Source: an uncultured Calditrichaceae bacterium (GTDB lineage: Bacteria; Calditrichota; Calditrichia; RBG-13-44-9). From it: 64,000 bases of DNA. The position numbers were made by a program, and so were the translations under genes. The notes beneath the pieces were generated by a model. It was given only the letters and a program-made list of their open reading frames with translations, made no database searches and was not told the origin of the DNA. Shown in pieces: positions 40,830 through 51,288 of the stretch. The DNA lies in the NCBI GenBank assembly GCA_964387645.1, contig CAYLYM010000006.1, positions 355 through 64,354 of the forward strand, given 5' to 3'. Every line of letters starts with the position of its first letter. The stretch's first letter is position 1.

Positions 40830-41372
40830 TTACTGATTACTGCTGTGCAAGGGCTCGAAATTTGTGTAATCTGCGTGGTGAATGATAATTCCTTCGTTGC
40901 TCCGCCAACGCCCGTTACCTTCACCTGCATGAACCGCAATTGTATGTAAAACTTCTTCTGGGATGCCTTCGTTAAATGCCAGACCCACACCGGAGAAGGG
41001 ATGGCGCAAATATTTTCCCTCTCTGGATTTTATAAATTCTCCATCCTTTTCTACATATTCCAGAATCTTTCCTACATCATGTAACAAAGCGCCACAAAGC
41101 AGATATTCCATATTAATGGAAATTTTATCTCTATATACATTTTTAAGTGCCTTACCTGCGTTGTAAGCCACCTGGACTACACCGCGGGTATGTTCAATAA
41201 AATTTGCCGGACAGGGTTTGATGAGCAAAGTAAAAGGCATCCGTAGTAAATCTTCAGGTTCCATTTTCCTCATTTCTAAAGCCTTCTCCCAGACCCGAAG
41301 TGTTTTTTCCTTGAGGGCTTCATCAGTAAACCATTCAAATTCCGGAATCAATTCAATGAGTTTCTCTCGCAT
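40830..41372 (-). CDS. HD-domain phosphohydrolase
   Basis: H...HD motif GALLHDVGK and downstream His/Asp ligands. Confidence 0.7.
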   Translation of the reverse strand: MREKLIELIPEFEWFTDEALKEKTLRVWEKALEMRKMEPEDLLRMPFTLLIKPCPANFIEHTRGVVQVAYNAGKALKNVYRDKISINMEYLLCGALLHDVGKILEYVEKDGEFIKSREGKYLRHPFSGVGLAFNEGIPEEVLHTIAVHAGEGNGRWRSNEGIIIHHADYTNFEPLHSSNQ

Positions 41373-41732
41373 AAATAAACTCCTTTATTTGTTTCAAAAT
41401 GATTCGCGTAGTGTTCCCTTTTGAAAAACTATTTTAAAAGATAAATTTTAAAAATGAAATGAAAAAGAATATTCTGATTGATCTTGGCTTTTCCAATGGT
41501 TGTCTTATTTCTTTTCTGTTTTTGGGTGAAATCGCCGCAAAATCTGTAAAATGAACGTGAGCATTGAATCACAGACCGTTTTAAATTCAGGGGAGTATAG
41601 TAATCAGTGTTTTGTTATCAGATAAATTGATCATAGGATTGATCTTAATGCTTATTTTGAATTTTGAGAAGTAGGTCAGTTAACTTTATATTTAGTCAAA
41701 AAGAGTGCTAAAATTGAACAAATTCATTGTAA

Positions 41733-42467
41733 CAGAAAAAAAGAGATATCCTTTTCTTAATCATTAACAGGCCAGGAAAACGCTATGTCTTAAGTCAGGC
41801 TTTAATAAAAAAATTTCATAAACAATTGGACTTCATACAAGACAATAAAGAAATACATGTTATAACTCTCGCTGATAAAGAATCAACCTTTTGCACCGGT
41901 GCGGATTTGGCTTACTTAAAGTAGCTAAGCCAGTATACCGATCAGGAAAATTTAAAAGATTCCCGACGCCTGGCAAACCTGTTTCAGAAGATTTACCGAT
42001 TACCCAAACTAACTGTGGCGATGATCAATGGTCCAGCTTTGGCTGGAGGATGCGGTCTGGCACTTTGCTGCGATATTTTGATCGCTGATCAGGAATAGGT
42101 CTGCCTGGGATTTACTGAGCCAAGAATTGGCTTTGTCCCTGCCATCGTTATGAACTTTCTTATTCGGAAAGTGCCATTGCACGTGGCACATTGGTTGGCT
42201 TTAAGTGCTGAAATTATCTCTGCCGAACAAGCACGTCAGATGGGACTTGTTCATAAAGTTTTTACTTCGACTCAATTGGAACACAAAACGGTTGAATTGA
42301 TAGAATCGTTGCTTATCCGGAATAGCTTCCAGGCCATGATGCAAACTAAGCAACTTTTTCAGGAATTATTGGACTTGCCACTTTCCCGGGGTCTGGATTT
42401 GGCATGTGAGGTCAATGCACGTAATCGTAAAACAGTTGATTACCAATGCGATTGGCTGCTTTTTTGA
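41733..42467 (+). pseudogene. Enoyl-CoA hydratase/isomerase (crotonase) pseudogene: no start codon and two in-frame TAG codons
   Basis: A single frame encodes a crotonase-like sequence (LIINRPGK, TGADLAYLK*LS, MINGPALAGGCGLALCCDILIADQE*VCLGFTEPRIGF, ISAEQARQMGLVHKVF). In-frame TAGs at 41922-41924 and 42096-42098. The N-terminal ~10 aa including the start codon are missing: an in-frame TAA lies at 41730-41732 and the first ATG is at 42008. Confidence 0.65.
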
Positions 42468-42531
42468 ATAAACAGAAATTAGATTGGAATGGTAAGAATA
42501 AGTAAGATTCTGAAAAAAGTTTAGAATAGTT

Positions 42532-43236
42532 CTAATTTTGGGATTCTTGCAGTTTTTTCAACTCTTTTTCAATGTCCAATAACAAGTCCTTGTATGCTCC
42601 TTCTTTAACTACTTTCATTTCTCCACTTTGTACAAGATTGTGTAAGGTCCGAAGCACCTTGTTGATAAATTCGACTGTTTGCTTTACAAAATTCTTCAGC
42701 CGAATGGCATCGTCTGGATCTTTTTCGTTTATCATCTGGACCATAGTGTATAAGGGAGTCAAAGAATTATTAATATAATGGCTCAGGGTAACCAAAATTC
42801 GCTGGACTTGCTTCAAAGCCCGTAACTGGTTCTCCCGTTCTATGAGTTGATTCTGTAGGTCTAGTAATCGTTGAATTGATCGCATTTTTAATTGTAATTC
42901 GGGTGGTGTGTAGGGTACATACAGAAACTCGTCTGCCCCGAGTTCAAAAGCAGTCAGATGTTGTAAAAATAAATCTTTTTGAACAATACAAATAAGAGGG
43001 ATGTGTTTCAAATTTGGCTCGCTTTTTAAACGCTCACACACTTCAGCGGCTTTTTTTTCAACCCCTTCTAAATCTAATATAACCATGCGGTATTTAGAAT
43101 CAGTATATAGTTTGAAAAATGCTTGTTCGTAATCATTTAATACTTCAACCTGAAATCCTTCCTGGTTTAAATCAACTTTGAATGACTCAGCCAGAGATTG
43201 ATTTTGAGTTACAAGTAAAATCATTTTTTTATCCAT
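42532..43236 (-). CDS. Response regulator-like protein: receiver domain plus C-terminal coiled-coil/helical output
   Basis: MILLVTQNQ...RMVILDLEGV receiver-like core and a heptad-rich C-terminus. No HTH recognised. Confidence 0.6.
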   Translation of the reverse strand: MDKKMILLVTQNQSLAESFKVDLNQEGFQVEVLNDYEQAFFKLYTDSKYRMVILDLEGVEKKAAEVCERLKSEPNLKHIPLICIVQKDLFLQHLTAFELGADEFLYVPYTPPELQLKMRSIQRLLDLQNQLIERENQLRALKQVQRILVTLSHYINNSLTPLYTMVQMINEKDPDDAIRLKNFVKQTVEFINKVLRTLHNLVQSGEMKVVKEGAYKDLLLDIEKELKKLQESQN

Positions 43237-43339
43237 TTAGTTGATTTTTATTTTTTACTAAAAATGAATATTTCTTCTTTGGCCTATTTTAATATAATTA
43301 ATATAATATCACTAATTAAAATAAAATATCTAATATTTT

Positions 43340-43370
43340 TTGACATTTTAAAATGAGCCTTTGATATAAT
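43340..43370 (+). promoter_or_regulatory. Near-consensus sigma-70-type promoter (TTGACA, 17 nt spacer, TGaTATAAT extended -10)
   Basis: Read directly, about 160 nt upstream of smpB. Confidence 0.4.
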
Positions 43371-43531
43371 CAAAAAATTTCTTTTTAATTGATTGATAGT
43401 ATTTTATTCATATTTTCTACGTGAATTTTCAAGTGAATAACTTGGGTTAAATTCGCATTTATAATTTTTTCTTGAATAATACTATCATAATGGCTAATTT
43501 GTCGCCAATTTATGAAGAGAAAAGTGTAAAA

Positions 43532-43996
43532 ATGTCTGAAGGAATTAAACTCGTAACGACAAACAAGAAAGCTTTTCACGATTATCATATTCAGGAAAAG
43601 CTGGAGGCGGGGATGGTATTAATCGGTACCGAAGTGAAGTCCCTTCGCGAAGGACGCTGCAACCTGAAAGACAGTTACGCTCGCATCAAAAATGGTGAGG
43701 TGTGGCTGATTGGAATGCATATCAGTCCTTATAAAAATGAAGGCTATGTGACTCACGATCCAACTAGAAATAGGAAATTGTTGTTACATAAAAACGAGAT
43801 TAAACGTCTTCACCGTAAGGTACAGGAAAAAGGTGTTACTTTAGTGCCATTGCGTGTTTACTTTAAAAGCGGTTGGGCAAAGGTTGAATTGGGATTAGCA
43901 ACCGGTAAACACCAATATGACAAACGGCAAGAAATCGCCCGGCGTCAGCAGGAAAGAGATATGAAACGGCTGGAAAAAAAGTATCGCATAAAGTAG
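43532..43996 (+). CDS. smpB: SsrA-binding protein SmpB
   Basis: [31 protein letters not shown]. Start at MSEGIK preferred over the upstream in-frame ATG at 43472. Confidence 0.9.
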   Translation: MSEGIKLVTTNKKAFHDYHIQEKLEAGMVLIGTEVKSLREGRCNLKDSYARIKNGEVWLIGMHISPYKNEGYVTHDPTRNRKLLLHKNEIKRLHRKVQEKGVTLVPLRVYFKSGWAKVELGLATGKHQYDKRQEIARRQQERDMKRLEKKYRIK

Positions 43997-44006
43997 GAGT
44001 TCGAGA

Positions 44007-45224
44007 ATGAACAGTAAATTTTTACCCGTTGAAGAACAATTAAAGATCATTTCCCGCGGCACGGTGGACCTCCTGCCCATGGATGAGCTAATAATGAAAT
44101 TAGAAAGAAGCTATAAAACGGGCAAACCTTTACGAATCAAACAGGGTTTCGATCCTACTGCCCCTGATATTCATCTTGGGCACACCGTTGGATTGCGCAA
44201 ATTACGCCAGTTTCAGGAACTGGGTCATCAGGTGGTGGTGATCATTGGCGATTATACAGGCATGGTTGGCGATCCCAGCGAAAAGAATAGTACTCGTCCC
44301 AGATTAACTCATGAAGAAGTGATGGCAAATGCTAAAACATATCAGGAACAATTTTTCAAGATTCTTGATCGTGAAAAAACAGAAATTCGTTACAATGGTG
44401 AATGGTTCAGCCGGATGAGTTTCGCAGAAATTATGAATCTTGCTTCAAAATTTACCGTTGCCCGAATGTTGGAAAGAGATGATTTTGCCCGTCGTTATCA
44501 AAATAAGCAACCTATAAGTATACATGAATTTTTCTATCCACTTATGCAGGGATACGATTCAGTGATGATTCAGGCTGATATTGAGATTGGTGCCACCGAA
44601 CAAAAATTTAATCTGGTTATTGGCCGGCAGATTCAAAAAGAATATGGTCAGGAAGCTCAGATCGTTTTAACATTGCCGGTTCTCGAAGGCATCGATGGAG
44701 TGCAAAGAATGAGTAAATCGGTGGGAAATTATATTGGCATCGATGAACCACCGGAGGAAATGTTTGGTAAAACGATGAGTATTCCCGACCATCTCATTTA
44801 TTCATATTTTGAACTAGTAACTGATGTAAATTTAGATCGATTGGCCGAGATTAAAAAACAGTTAGAAGACCCCTCAATAAATCCCATGATCTTAAAACGG
44901 GAACTAGGACGAACTCTGGTACGGATGTATCATGGAGAGGAAGCGGCACGCAGCGCCGAAAAACATTTCGATCTTGTGCATAAGAAAAAAGAAGTTCCTG
45001 AAGATATCCCGGTGTACAAATTAACATCAGAGTCAAAAAGGTTGATTGACATTATTGTGGAAGCTGGTTTAACCGGCGGAAAAAGCGAGGCCCGGCGACT
45101 GATTCGTCAAGGAGGAGTAAAATTAGATGGTGAAACCGTGTCGAACGAACTTCTGGAAGTCAGCGCCGACGGTGAAAAGATTTTAAAAGTGGGCAAACGT
45201 AAATTCTTGAAATTGATTTCATAA
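44007..45224 (+). CDS. tyrS: Tyrosine--tRNA ligase (with C-terminal S4 domain)
   Basis: HLGH and KMSKS-equivalent RMSKSVGN motifs. S4-like [14 protein letters not shown]. Confidence 0.85.
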   Translation: MNSKFLPVEEQLKIISRGTVDLLPMDELIMKLERSYKTGKPLRIKQGFDPTAPDIHLGHTVGLRKLRQFQELGHQVVVIIGDYTGMVGDPSEKNSTRPRLTHEEVMANAKTYQEQFFKILDREKTEIRYNGEWFSRMSFAEIMNLASKFTVARMLERDDFARRYQNKQPISIHEFFYPLMQGYDSVMIQADIEIGATEQKFNLVIGRQIQKEYGQEAQIVLTLPVLEGIDGVQRMSKSVGNYIGIDEPPEEMFGKTMSIPDHLIYSYFELVTDVNLDRLAEIKKQLEDPSINPMILKRELGRTLVRMYHGEEAARSAEKHFDLVHKKKEVPEDIPVYKLTSESKRLIDIIVEAGLTGGKSEARRLIRQGGVKLDGETVSNELLEVSADGEKILKVGKRKFLKLIS

Positions 45225-45440
45225 TAAACCTGTTTTTCATTACTCAAAAATGAAAAACCGAATAATAACACGAATAAAATCAGAACACAGGAGTTCAAAA
45301 ACCCCCGGGATCTTTTTGAAATTATATAAAAAATAATATTAAAAGTTCCTATTAGGATAAGTGTTAATTTTTAAATTCACTTCAACCAAGCAGAGATAAT
45401 CACCTAATTCTTTTAGGCGATTATCCGTTTACAAAGCTTT

Positions 45441-46184
45441 TTAGATTTTTTTTAACAAATATTCACATCCGGTGGTTAGAAATTCTCTAAGAATAGGAAC
45501 GTTAGGAAATCGAATAATGGGTATTCCATAGCGATATTTAAAAATCGGTCGAAGTAGAAAGAGACCTTTCACAACGGGCTGAAAACCAAATTTATGAAAA
45601 AGTTTTTCGAACTGTCTTATAGACAACCCAATCTGATAATTTTTCATTACTGATTTCAAGTAATTCTGTGATTCACCCAACCATCTTCCCAGCGTATACC
45701 AGAAGAATTCTGGCAATAGATGGACATAAGGAGTCCACTTTAAAAAAGAACGGGCATGTTGCTGATGACCAGCGAAAGGTGAAAACCGAGGTGGGAAGGT
45801 AATGAAAAAGTACCCTCCTGGATTCAAAAAATGGCGAATGATTTTAAATACCACCTCTCTATTGGAAATATGCTCGATCACATCGCGCATTACCACTACA
45901 TCGAATCTTTCTGAAATCTGGTCTAATAAACTAAAATCAGTAATATCACCCTGAAAAACTTTCAGCAAAGGATTTATTTCGCGGGCAATTTTTACACGGT
46001 GTGTTTCCAATTCAATTCCCGTTCCTTCCATTCCGATTTTTAGTAAATAATCTAAAAAGCCTGCTTCCGCACAACCAACTTCCAAAACACTCAATTTTTT
46101 GAAATCAGGAATATGTTGTTCCAGAAATGGTACAAGATAATCTTGCGCAAATTGCTTTTGTTCTTCAAAATGTTTTACAGCCAC
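45441..46184 (-). CDS. Class I SAM-dependent methyltransferase
   Basis: Motif I VLEVGCAEAGF and post-I acidic residue. Confidence 0.75.
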   Translation of the reverse strand: MAVKHFEEQKQFAQDYLVPFLEQHIPDFKKLSVLEVGCAEAGFLDYLLKIGMEGTGIELETHRVKIAREINPLLKVFQGDITDFSLLDQISERFDVVVMRDVIEHISNREVVFKIIRHFLNPGGYFFITFPPRFSPFAGHQQHARSFLKWTPYVHLLPEFFWYTLGRWLGESQNYLKSVMKNYQIGLSIRQFEKLFHKFGFQPVVKGLFLLRPIFKYRYGIPIIRFPNVPILREFLTTGCEYLLKKI

Positions 46185-46195
46185 AATATTTTACT

Positions 46196-47017
46196 TTAGA
46201 TTTGTTTTTTGTTTTTTGTTCTTTGTTCTTTTTTTTCTTTAAACCTTGTCTTTTTTATGCTTTTCTGCAAGCTTAATGGTAGTTCCAAATCATTTTTTTC
46301 CAGAAGTTTTTGATCCCTGAGAATAATTTCTGTCGGACCATCCGCAATGATTTTTCCCTGATTCAGAATAATGACCCTGTGGCAGGTTTCCAGGGCCATA
46401 TCCAGATCGTGGGTAGTAAGAATGATGGTTTCAAGGCTTTTTTGAATCCAGCGAATAATTTTCCGCCGATGTGACAAATCCAGATTGCTTGTTGGTTCAT
46501 CCATTGCGATTAATTTGGGTTGCATGGCCAGAACTGTTGCCAAACTGGCAATTTTTCTTTCACCGAAACTCAAATGAAAGGATGAACGGTTTTCGTACCC
46601 TGTTAATCCCAAGTTTTCCAGTGCCTCGTCCACGCGGTGTTTCACTTCATCTGGTGAAAGTCCCATATTAAGCGGCCCGAAGGCTACATCTTCGAAAATA
46701 GTTGGACAGAATAATTGATCATCCGGATTCTGGAAAACTATTCCAACCAACTTCTTGATCGATATGGCATTTTTTTTATTCACTGGATAACCGAATATTT
46801 TCAATTCACCTTCTCCCCGACGAATTCCAGTGAGTAAAGTAAGCAATGTTGATTTTCCGGAACCGTTAGGACCAATGACAGCTACCTTCTCACCTTCCTG
46901 GATTTCGAAACTTATGCCTCGTAATGCATTTGTGCCATCCGGGTACCGGTATGAAAGCTCCCTTGCCCAAATAACTAATTTGTCTTGATTTCGTTCGGAA
47001 AATTTTTTCATATCCAA
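46196..47017 (-). CDS. cbiO: ECF-type ABC ATPase component (CbiO/NikO), with Lys-rich C-terminal tail
   Basis: Walker A GPNGSGKST, signature LSFGERK, Walker B LIAMDEPTSNLD. Tail KKTRFKEKKEQRTKNKKQI. Confidence 0.85.
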   Translation of the reverse strand: MDMKKFSERNQDKLVIWARELSYRYPDGTNALRGISFEIQEGEKVAVIGPNGSGKSTLLTLLTGIRRGEGELKIFGYPVNKKNAISIKKLVGIVFQNPDDQLFCPTIFEDVAFGPLNMGLSPDEVKHRVDEALENLGLTGYENRSSFHLSFGERKIASLATVLAMQPKLIAMDEPTSNLDLSHRRKIIRWIQKSLETIILTTHDLDMALETCHRVIILNQGKIIADGPTEIILRDQKLLEKNDLELPLSLQKSIKKTRFKEKKEQRTKNKKQI

Positions 47018-47075
47018 TTTTATTTCAGATAATCGATGTTTTCTTAAATATTCTGATTCAAAGAGCCATAAAATT

Positions 47076-47834
47076 TCACAAAATTAAAAAAGGTAAAATA
47101 AGAATAATTATAAAGAGCACCAACAATAACGAATCCCGCTGCTTCCAATTCAAATCACTTATGGTGTAAATTTTTCCGGAGAAACCTCTGGCGTCCATGG
47201 CCTGATAAACTCTCTCGCTGCGTTCATAGGTTCGAATGAACAGAACACCTATTTGCTGAGCAAAAACCTTAAGTCGGGTAAAAAATGGTAAATGAATGTA
47301 TCTTGCATTATATGCCATGAGCATTCGTTCAACTTCATCAATCAATAGAAAAATAAACCGATACATGAAGGACAAAATTAGAATGATGATACGAGGTATA
47401 TGAAATTTTTCCATTCCTTTCAAAAGCCGGTTAAATTCGGTAGTTGTGGTGAGAATAATGGACATGAACACTGCCAGAACCGATTTTACATTGATCAGAA
47501 GAAATTTATCTAATCCGCTCCGGTAAAATTTAAATATTCCAAGTTTAAAACCTGCTTCATGATCAGAAGGAAAAAACGGTAACAAAAAAGTGATAAAAAA
47601 AATCATGGGATAAATTTTAGCCAGTTTAGAAAGAAAATGCAAAAATGAAATCCCGCTGGTTAAAGCCAGAATGACCGGAACAAATGACAGTGGGATGAAA
47701 TAACGTTTAGCATCCTGAGGAATAACTACAAGCACCAGAATGTAAGAGACCATCATAAAAAATTTTAACCGGGGATCGGCTAAATGAACCAAACTATTTC
47801 CCGATCGATGGTGATCGAAAAAATCATGTCGCAT
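47076..47834 (-). CDS. cbiQ: ECF transporter transmembrane T component CbiQ/NikQ
   Basis: Polytopic membrane protein with the CbiQ-like DPRLK N-terminal motif. Sits between CbiO and the PDGLE/CbiM genes. Confidence 0.8.
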   Translation of the reverse strand: MRHDFFDHHRSGNSLVHLADPRLKFFMMVSYILVLVVIPQDAKRYFIPLSFVPVILALTSGISFLHFLSKLAKIYPMIFFITFLLPFFPSDHEAGFKLGIFKFYRSGLDKFLLINVKSVLAVFMSIILTTTTEFNRLLKGMEKFHIPRIIILILSFMYRFIFLLIDEVERMLMAYNARYIHLPFFTRLKVFAQQIGVLFIRTYERSERVYQAMDARGFSGKIYTISDLNWKQRDSLLLVLFIIILILPFLIL

Positions 47835-48138
47835 GGGACATCTTTTTATTATTCTTGTATCTGGAAAATTTCTTTTTAATTAACCAAAATATTGTAAAAA
47901 TTATCAGGATTCCCAGAACGGCAGATAACATCTGATTTAACATTGGAGTAAAATGTTCTGAAATGGTGTAATCAGCCACAGGAGAATGATAAATTTCTTT
48001 TTCTTTTAAACCTAACTTTTGGGCAGTCCATTCTAATCCGTCCGGATGGGTTGAAGATAGCGTAGTTAAAAAAATCAGTAGAATAAATGCGAATACAATA
48101 AGCCAATATTTCCTAAAAAACTGATATAACCTTTCCAT
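47824..48138 (-). CDS. PDGLE-domain small membrane protein (CbiN/NikN-like)
   Basis: Two TM segments flanking a PDGLEW motif. Start placed at MERLYQFF, chosen by me over the longer ORF-track start. Confidence 0.55.
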   Translation of the reverse strand: MERLYQFFRKYWLIVFAFILLIFLTTLSSTHPDGLEWTAQKLGLKEKEIYHSPVADYTISEHFTPMLNQMLSAVLGILIIFTIFWLIKKKFSRYKNNKKMSHAT

Positions 48139-48152
48139 GATTTTATTTATTC

Positions 48153-48803
48153 TTAACCTTTCTGATTTATATAAATAAGGTCTGGGCGAATATGGCGAAT
48201 GGCCTGGTAGATAAAAACGGTCAATATACCTTCCAAAACGCCTATGATGGCATGAACACCAGACATTAATCCCACTACGATTTTCCAATCGGCGAATCCG
48301 GATAGACCTAACTCAATGCCACACAAAATAGCGCCAATTTCTACAGATAGCCATGCCGACATGAAAATATTAAACAAAATCAATTGGTTCTTTTGGAAAA
48401 ATTGTGCTTCCAATTTGGAAATAATTTTAAAGAATAAGTAGCTCCCACAAACTCCTGCAATACCCATATTAAGAATATTGGCTCCAAGTGCTGTTAATCC
48501 TCCGTCCTGAAAAACAAACATCTGAACAACGAGTACTAAAGAAATTAAAAAAACACTGGCAAAAGGGCCTAATAATGATGCTGCTAAAAAACCGCCTAAC
48601 AAATGTCCCGATGTTCCCTCTGATATAGGTATGTTTATCATCTGCGCAACAAAAATAAAAGCAGCTAGTAAGGCAATTTTTGGAACACTCTGTTCGTTAA
48701 ATTGTTTTTTTACTTTTTGCCAGAAATAAATAAGATATCCACTACTCAAAGTATAAGTGGTTACTATTACTGGCGTATTCAAAAATCCATCCGGAATGTG
48801 CAT
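48153..48803 (-). CDS. cbiM: ECF substrate-specific component CbiM/NikM
   Basis: MHIPDGFL N-terminal metal-binding motif and 7-TM body. Confidence 0.85.
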   Translation of the reverse strand: MHIPDGFLNTPVIVTTYTLSSGYLIYFWQKVKKQFNEQSVPKIALLAAFIFVAQMINIPISEGTSGHLLGGFLAASLLGPFASVFLISLVLVVQMFVFQDGGLTALGANILNMGIAGVCGSYLFFKIISKLEAQFFQKNQLILFNIFMSAWLSVEIGAILCGIELGLSGFADWKIVVGLMSGVHAIIGVLEGILTVFIYQAIRHIRPDLIYINQKG

Positions 48804-48806
48804 ATA

Positions 48807-49220
48807 TTAAACCAAATTTTTTCCCGTGGAAGTTAGATTCAAATGGCCGTGCTTAACCCCTTTTGTAGCAATAAGTTTTTCAGCCAGTTCTTTTACCTCT
48901 TGACTTTTGCCTCGTAAAAGAATGACCTCGATACAATTGTCATGATCCAGGTGAATATGCATAGAGGACAACACAATATGATAATAATCATGTTGCAGAT
49001 CAATTAATCGATCATCTAATTCTCTGCGGTGATGATCATACAAGATATGCAAGACGCCCACAACTTCTTCATTTAAAGCGATTTCTTTTTTTATTAATTC
49101 TTTCCGAATTAAATCTCGTATGGCTTCCGATCGATTGGGATAATGCTTTTTCTTGATATGCTCATCAAACTTTTTGCTTAAATCCTCCGGAATTGATACT
49201 CCAAATCTGACCAATTTCAT
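48807..49220 (-). CDS. nikR: Nickel-responsive transcriptional regulator NikR (RHH DNA-binding + ACT-like metal-binding domain)
   Basis: RFGVSIPEDLSKKFDE...RSEAIRDLIR RHH N-terminus. C-terminal H...H..C..H cluster (HILYDHH, HDNCIEV). Confidence 0.8.
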   Translation of the reverse strand: MKLVRFGVSIPEDLSKKFDEHIKKKHYPNRSEAIRDLIRKELIKKEIALNEEVVGVLHILYDHHRRELDDRLIDLQHDYYHIVLSSMHIHLDHDNCIEVILLRGKSQEVKELAEKLIATKGVKHGHLNLTSTGKNLV

Positions 49221-49403
49221 TTCATACTTCCTTTGTATTATTTATTTTGTAAAAGTAGCAAGCGATATAATTAAATTCAAGAGAAATGATAATTGAAGAC
49301 TAACTTTACATCATAAAAACATTTAATTAAAACCCTGGCAAATTAGAGCCAGGGTCACATTTCACTATATTTGAGAGTCAAATTTTTATTTTTTATTTTT
49401 TTA

Positions 49404-51287
49404 CTATTCTGGTACAATAATCTTTAACCGATCGCCAGGTTGAATCAAGTTGCTTCGGCGGTTGTTCCATCGCTTTAGATCACGAATACTTACACCATAT
49501 TGAGACGCGATATCCCACAAGGTATCACCCTGCCGAACTGTATAAATGATAGTTTTACCATCTTCAGCAACCTTCGGCTGGATGTTTTTTGTTTTCTTTT
49601 CTTCAACTCGAGCATAAGTATGATCGGGTGGTCTCGAGGGATTGGAGTTTTTATTTAACCACACATTTAGTTTTTGTCCAGGATGAATAATCCTTGTGTA
49701 TCCCAATCCATTCCAGTTACGCAATTGAGATACACTAACACCATATTGAATGGCAATATCCCACAAAGTTTCACCTTTTTTTACCTGATGGACATATTTC
49801 ACTCTGCCAGGAACATTTTCAACTGGTTTACGGCGGATATAGGTTTCCTTATTATATGTGCTCATTTTTGCCAGAGCCCGAGCATATTTTTTATTTTGTG
49901 GGACAGGAATTACCAGTGAATGTCCTGCTAGTATTAGTGATCCACGAATCTTATTAAAACGCTTAATCTCGGAAACACTTACGCCATAACGTCTTGCAAT
50001 TGTAGATAGTGTTTCACCACTCCGAATAAGATGGTGAATCCAGGTAAGTTTTTTATCATCCGGAACTTTGGCGTAATTTTCCAGGAATTTTTGTCTGGTA
50101 CCTTTAGGAATATTTAAGACCCAGCTATCGCGGTCTGGCGGGGTGCACCAACGTAATAAAGCTGGATTCAGGTTTTTTAATGTTTCAAAAGTTGTATCCA
50201 CACACTGAGCAACAATGTTAAGGTCTACACATTCTCTAACTGTCACAGTGTCATATTCTAGGGGAGGTTCGGGTTCTACGAAGAATCCGTATTTCTCCGG
50301 TTCTTTAGCCATGATGGCGGCAGCAATAAATGTTGGAACGTAATTACGTGTTTGTCGGGGAAGTCGAGGCAAACTCCAGAAATCCTCAACTTTATAACGC
50401 TGCATGCGCCATTCAATTTTTTTAGGGCTATAATTATAACCAGCAATAGCTAAATACCAGTTGTGATTGAATCGTTCATGGAGATCTTTCAAATGTTTTG
50501 CAGCAGCCCGGGTAGATTTTTCAGGATCCATTCGTTCATCATACCACCAACTACTTTGTAAACCATAAGCCCGTCCTGTACTACTAATGAACTGCCACAT
50601 ACCTACTGCTCTGGCATAGGAACGAGCCCGAGGATTAAAACCACTTTCAATCATGGCTAGATAAAAAAGTTCAGTCGGCACTCCTTCTTCTTTTAGAATT
50701 CGGGTAATCAAGTTTTTGTATTTTCCGGCTCGCTGTAACCATTTAGTAAATATTTTGCGCCCCTTCCCCTGAAAATAACGCATGGCATTTTCAACTTTCT
50801 TGTTCAGTTCCAGGGGTATAGTGAGTTTTTCCTTTTCCTCCAATACGTCCGGGATGGTAATGGTGGATGTATCAGCACTTTCTGTAGTAAGACTATCCTG
50901 TAAAGCCGAGATAACCTTCATTACATTAGCTGCAGTAAGGGTATCCTGTTCAATACCATTTAAACGGGCAAGGTATCTGGCGTATTCTAAACTGACTTCC
51001 TGAATGACCCTTAGAGAGGCTGAATCCGGTGCGGAAGGATGTGTTTCACGAAAAACTGTAATGTAATCCATCGCTTTGTTGTAAAAATAATCAGCGCCTA
51101 GCGAATCGCCCACTTCCTCGGCTTGCTGTCCCATTTCAATGTAAGATTGAGCCATATAAAGGGTATCGCTCAGGGATTTCGTGATAGTTTTTTGAGTTAT
51201 TTCAGGTTGGTGAACTGGTTTGCGTAACACTCCACAAGATATAAAGAAAAATAAAATAGCACTCCCCAAAAGTATTTTTTTCATCAT
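49404..51287 (-). CDS. mltD: Membrane-bound lytic murein transglycosylase D-like (SLT domain + three LysM repeats)
   Basis: SLT catalytic region ESGFNPRARS...GMWQF. LysM repeats (TLSTIARRYGVSVSEI, TLWDIAIQYGVSVSQL, TLWDIASQYGVSIRDL). Confidence 0.8.
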   Translation of the reverse strand: MMKKILLGSAILFFFISCGVLRKPVHQPEITQKTITKSLSDTLYMAQSYIEMGQQAEEVGDSLGADYFYNKAMDYITVFRETHPSAPDSASLRVIQEVSLEYARYLARLNGIEQDTLTAANVMKVISALQDSLTTESADTSTITIPDVLEEKEKLTIPLELNKKVENAMRYFQGKGRKIFTKWLQRAGKYKNLITRILKEEGVPTELFYLAMIESGFNPRARSYARAVGMWQFISSTGRAYGLQSSWWYDERMDPEKSTRAAAKHLKDLHERFNHNWYLAIAGYNYSPKKIEWRMQRYKVEDFWSLPRLPRQTRNYVPTFIAAAIMAKEPEKYGFFVEPEPPLEYDTVTVRECVDLNIVAQCVDTTFETLKNLNPALLRWCTPPDRDSWVLNIPKGTRQKFLENYAKVPDDKKLTWIHHLIRSGETLSTIARRYGVSVSEIKRFNKIRGSLILAGHSLVIPVPQNKKYARALAKMSTYNKETYIRRKPVENVPGRVKYVHQVKKGETLWDIAIQYGVSVSQLRNWNGLGYTRIIHPGQKLNVWLNKNSNPSRPPDHTYARVEEKKTKNIQPKVAEDGKTIIYTVRQGDTLWDIASQYGVSIRDLKRWNNRRSNLIQPGDRLKIIVPE

Positions 51288-51288
51288 T

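Noticed and set aside
41922-42098. Possible TAG stop-codon reassignment (both interruptions in the crotonase gene are TAG)
   Set aside because: TAG terminates the hybrid HK and glmS at their expected C-termini in this same window, so TAG is a functional stop here. Pseudogene explanation preferred.
43237-43531. tmRNA (ssrA) gene adjacent to smpB
   Set aside because: Looked for the tRNA-like 3' end (GGTTCGATTCC-type T-arm and CCA-proximal acceptor) and the GGGG 5' start on both sides of smpB. Not found. ssrA is probably elsewhere.
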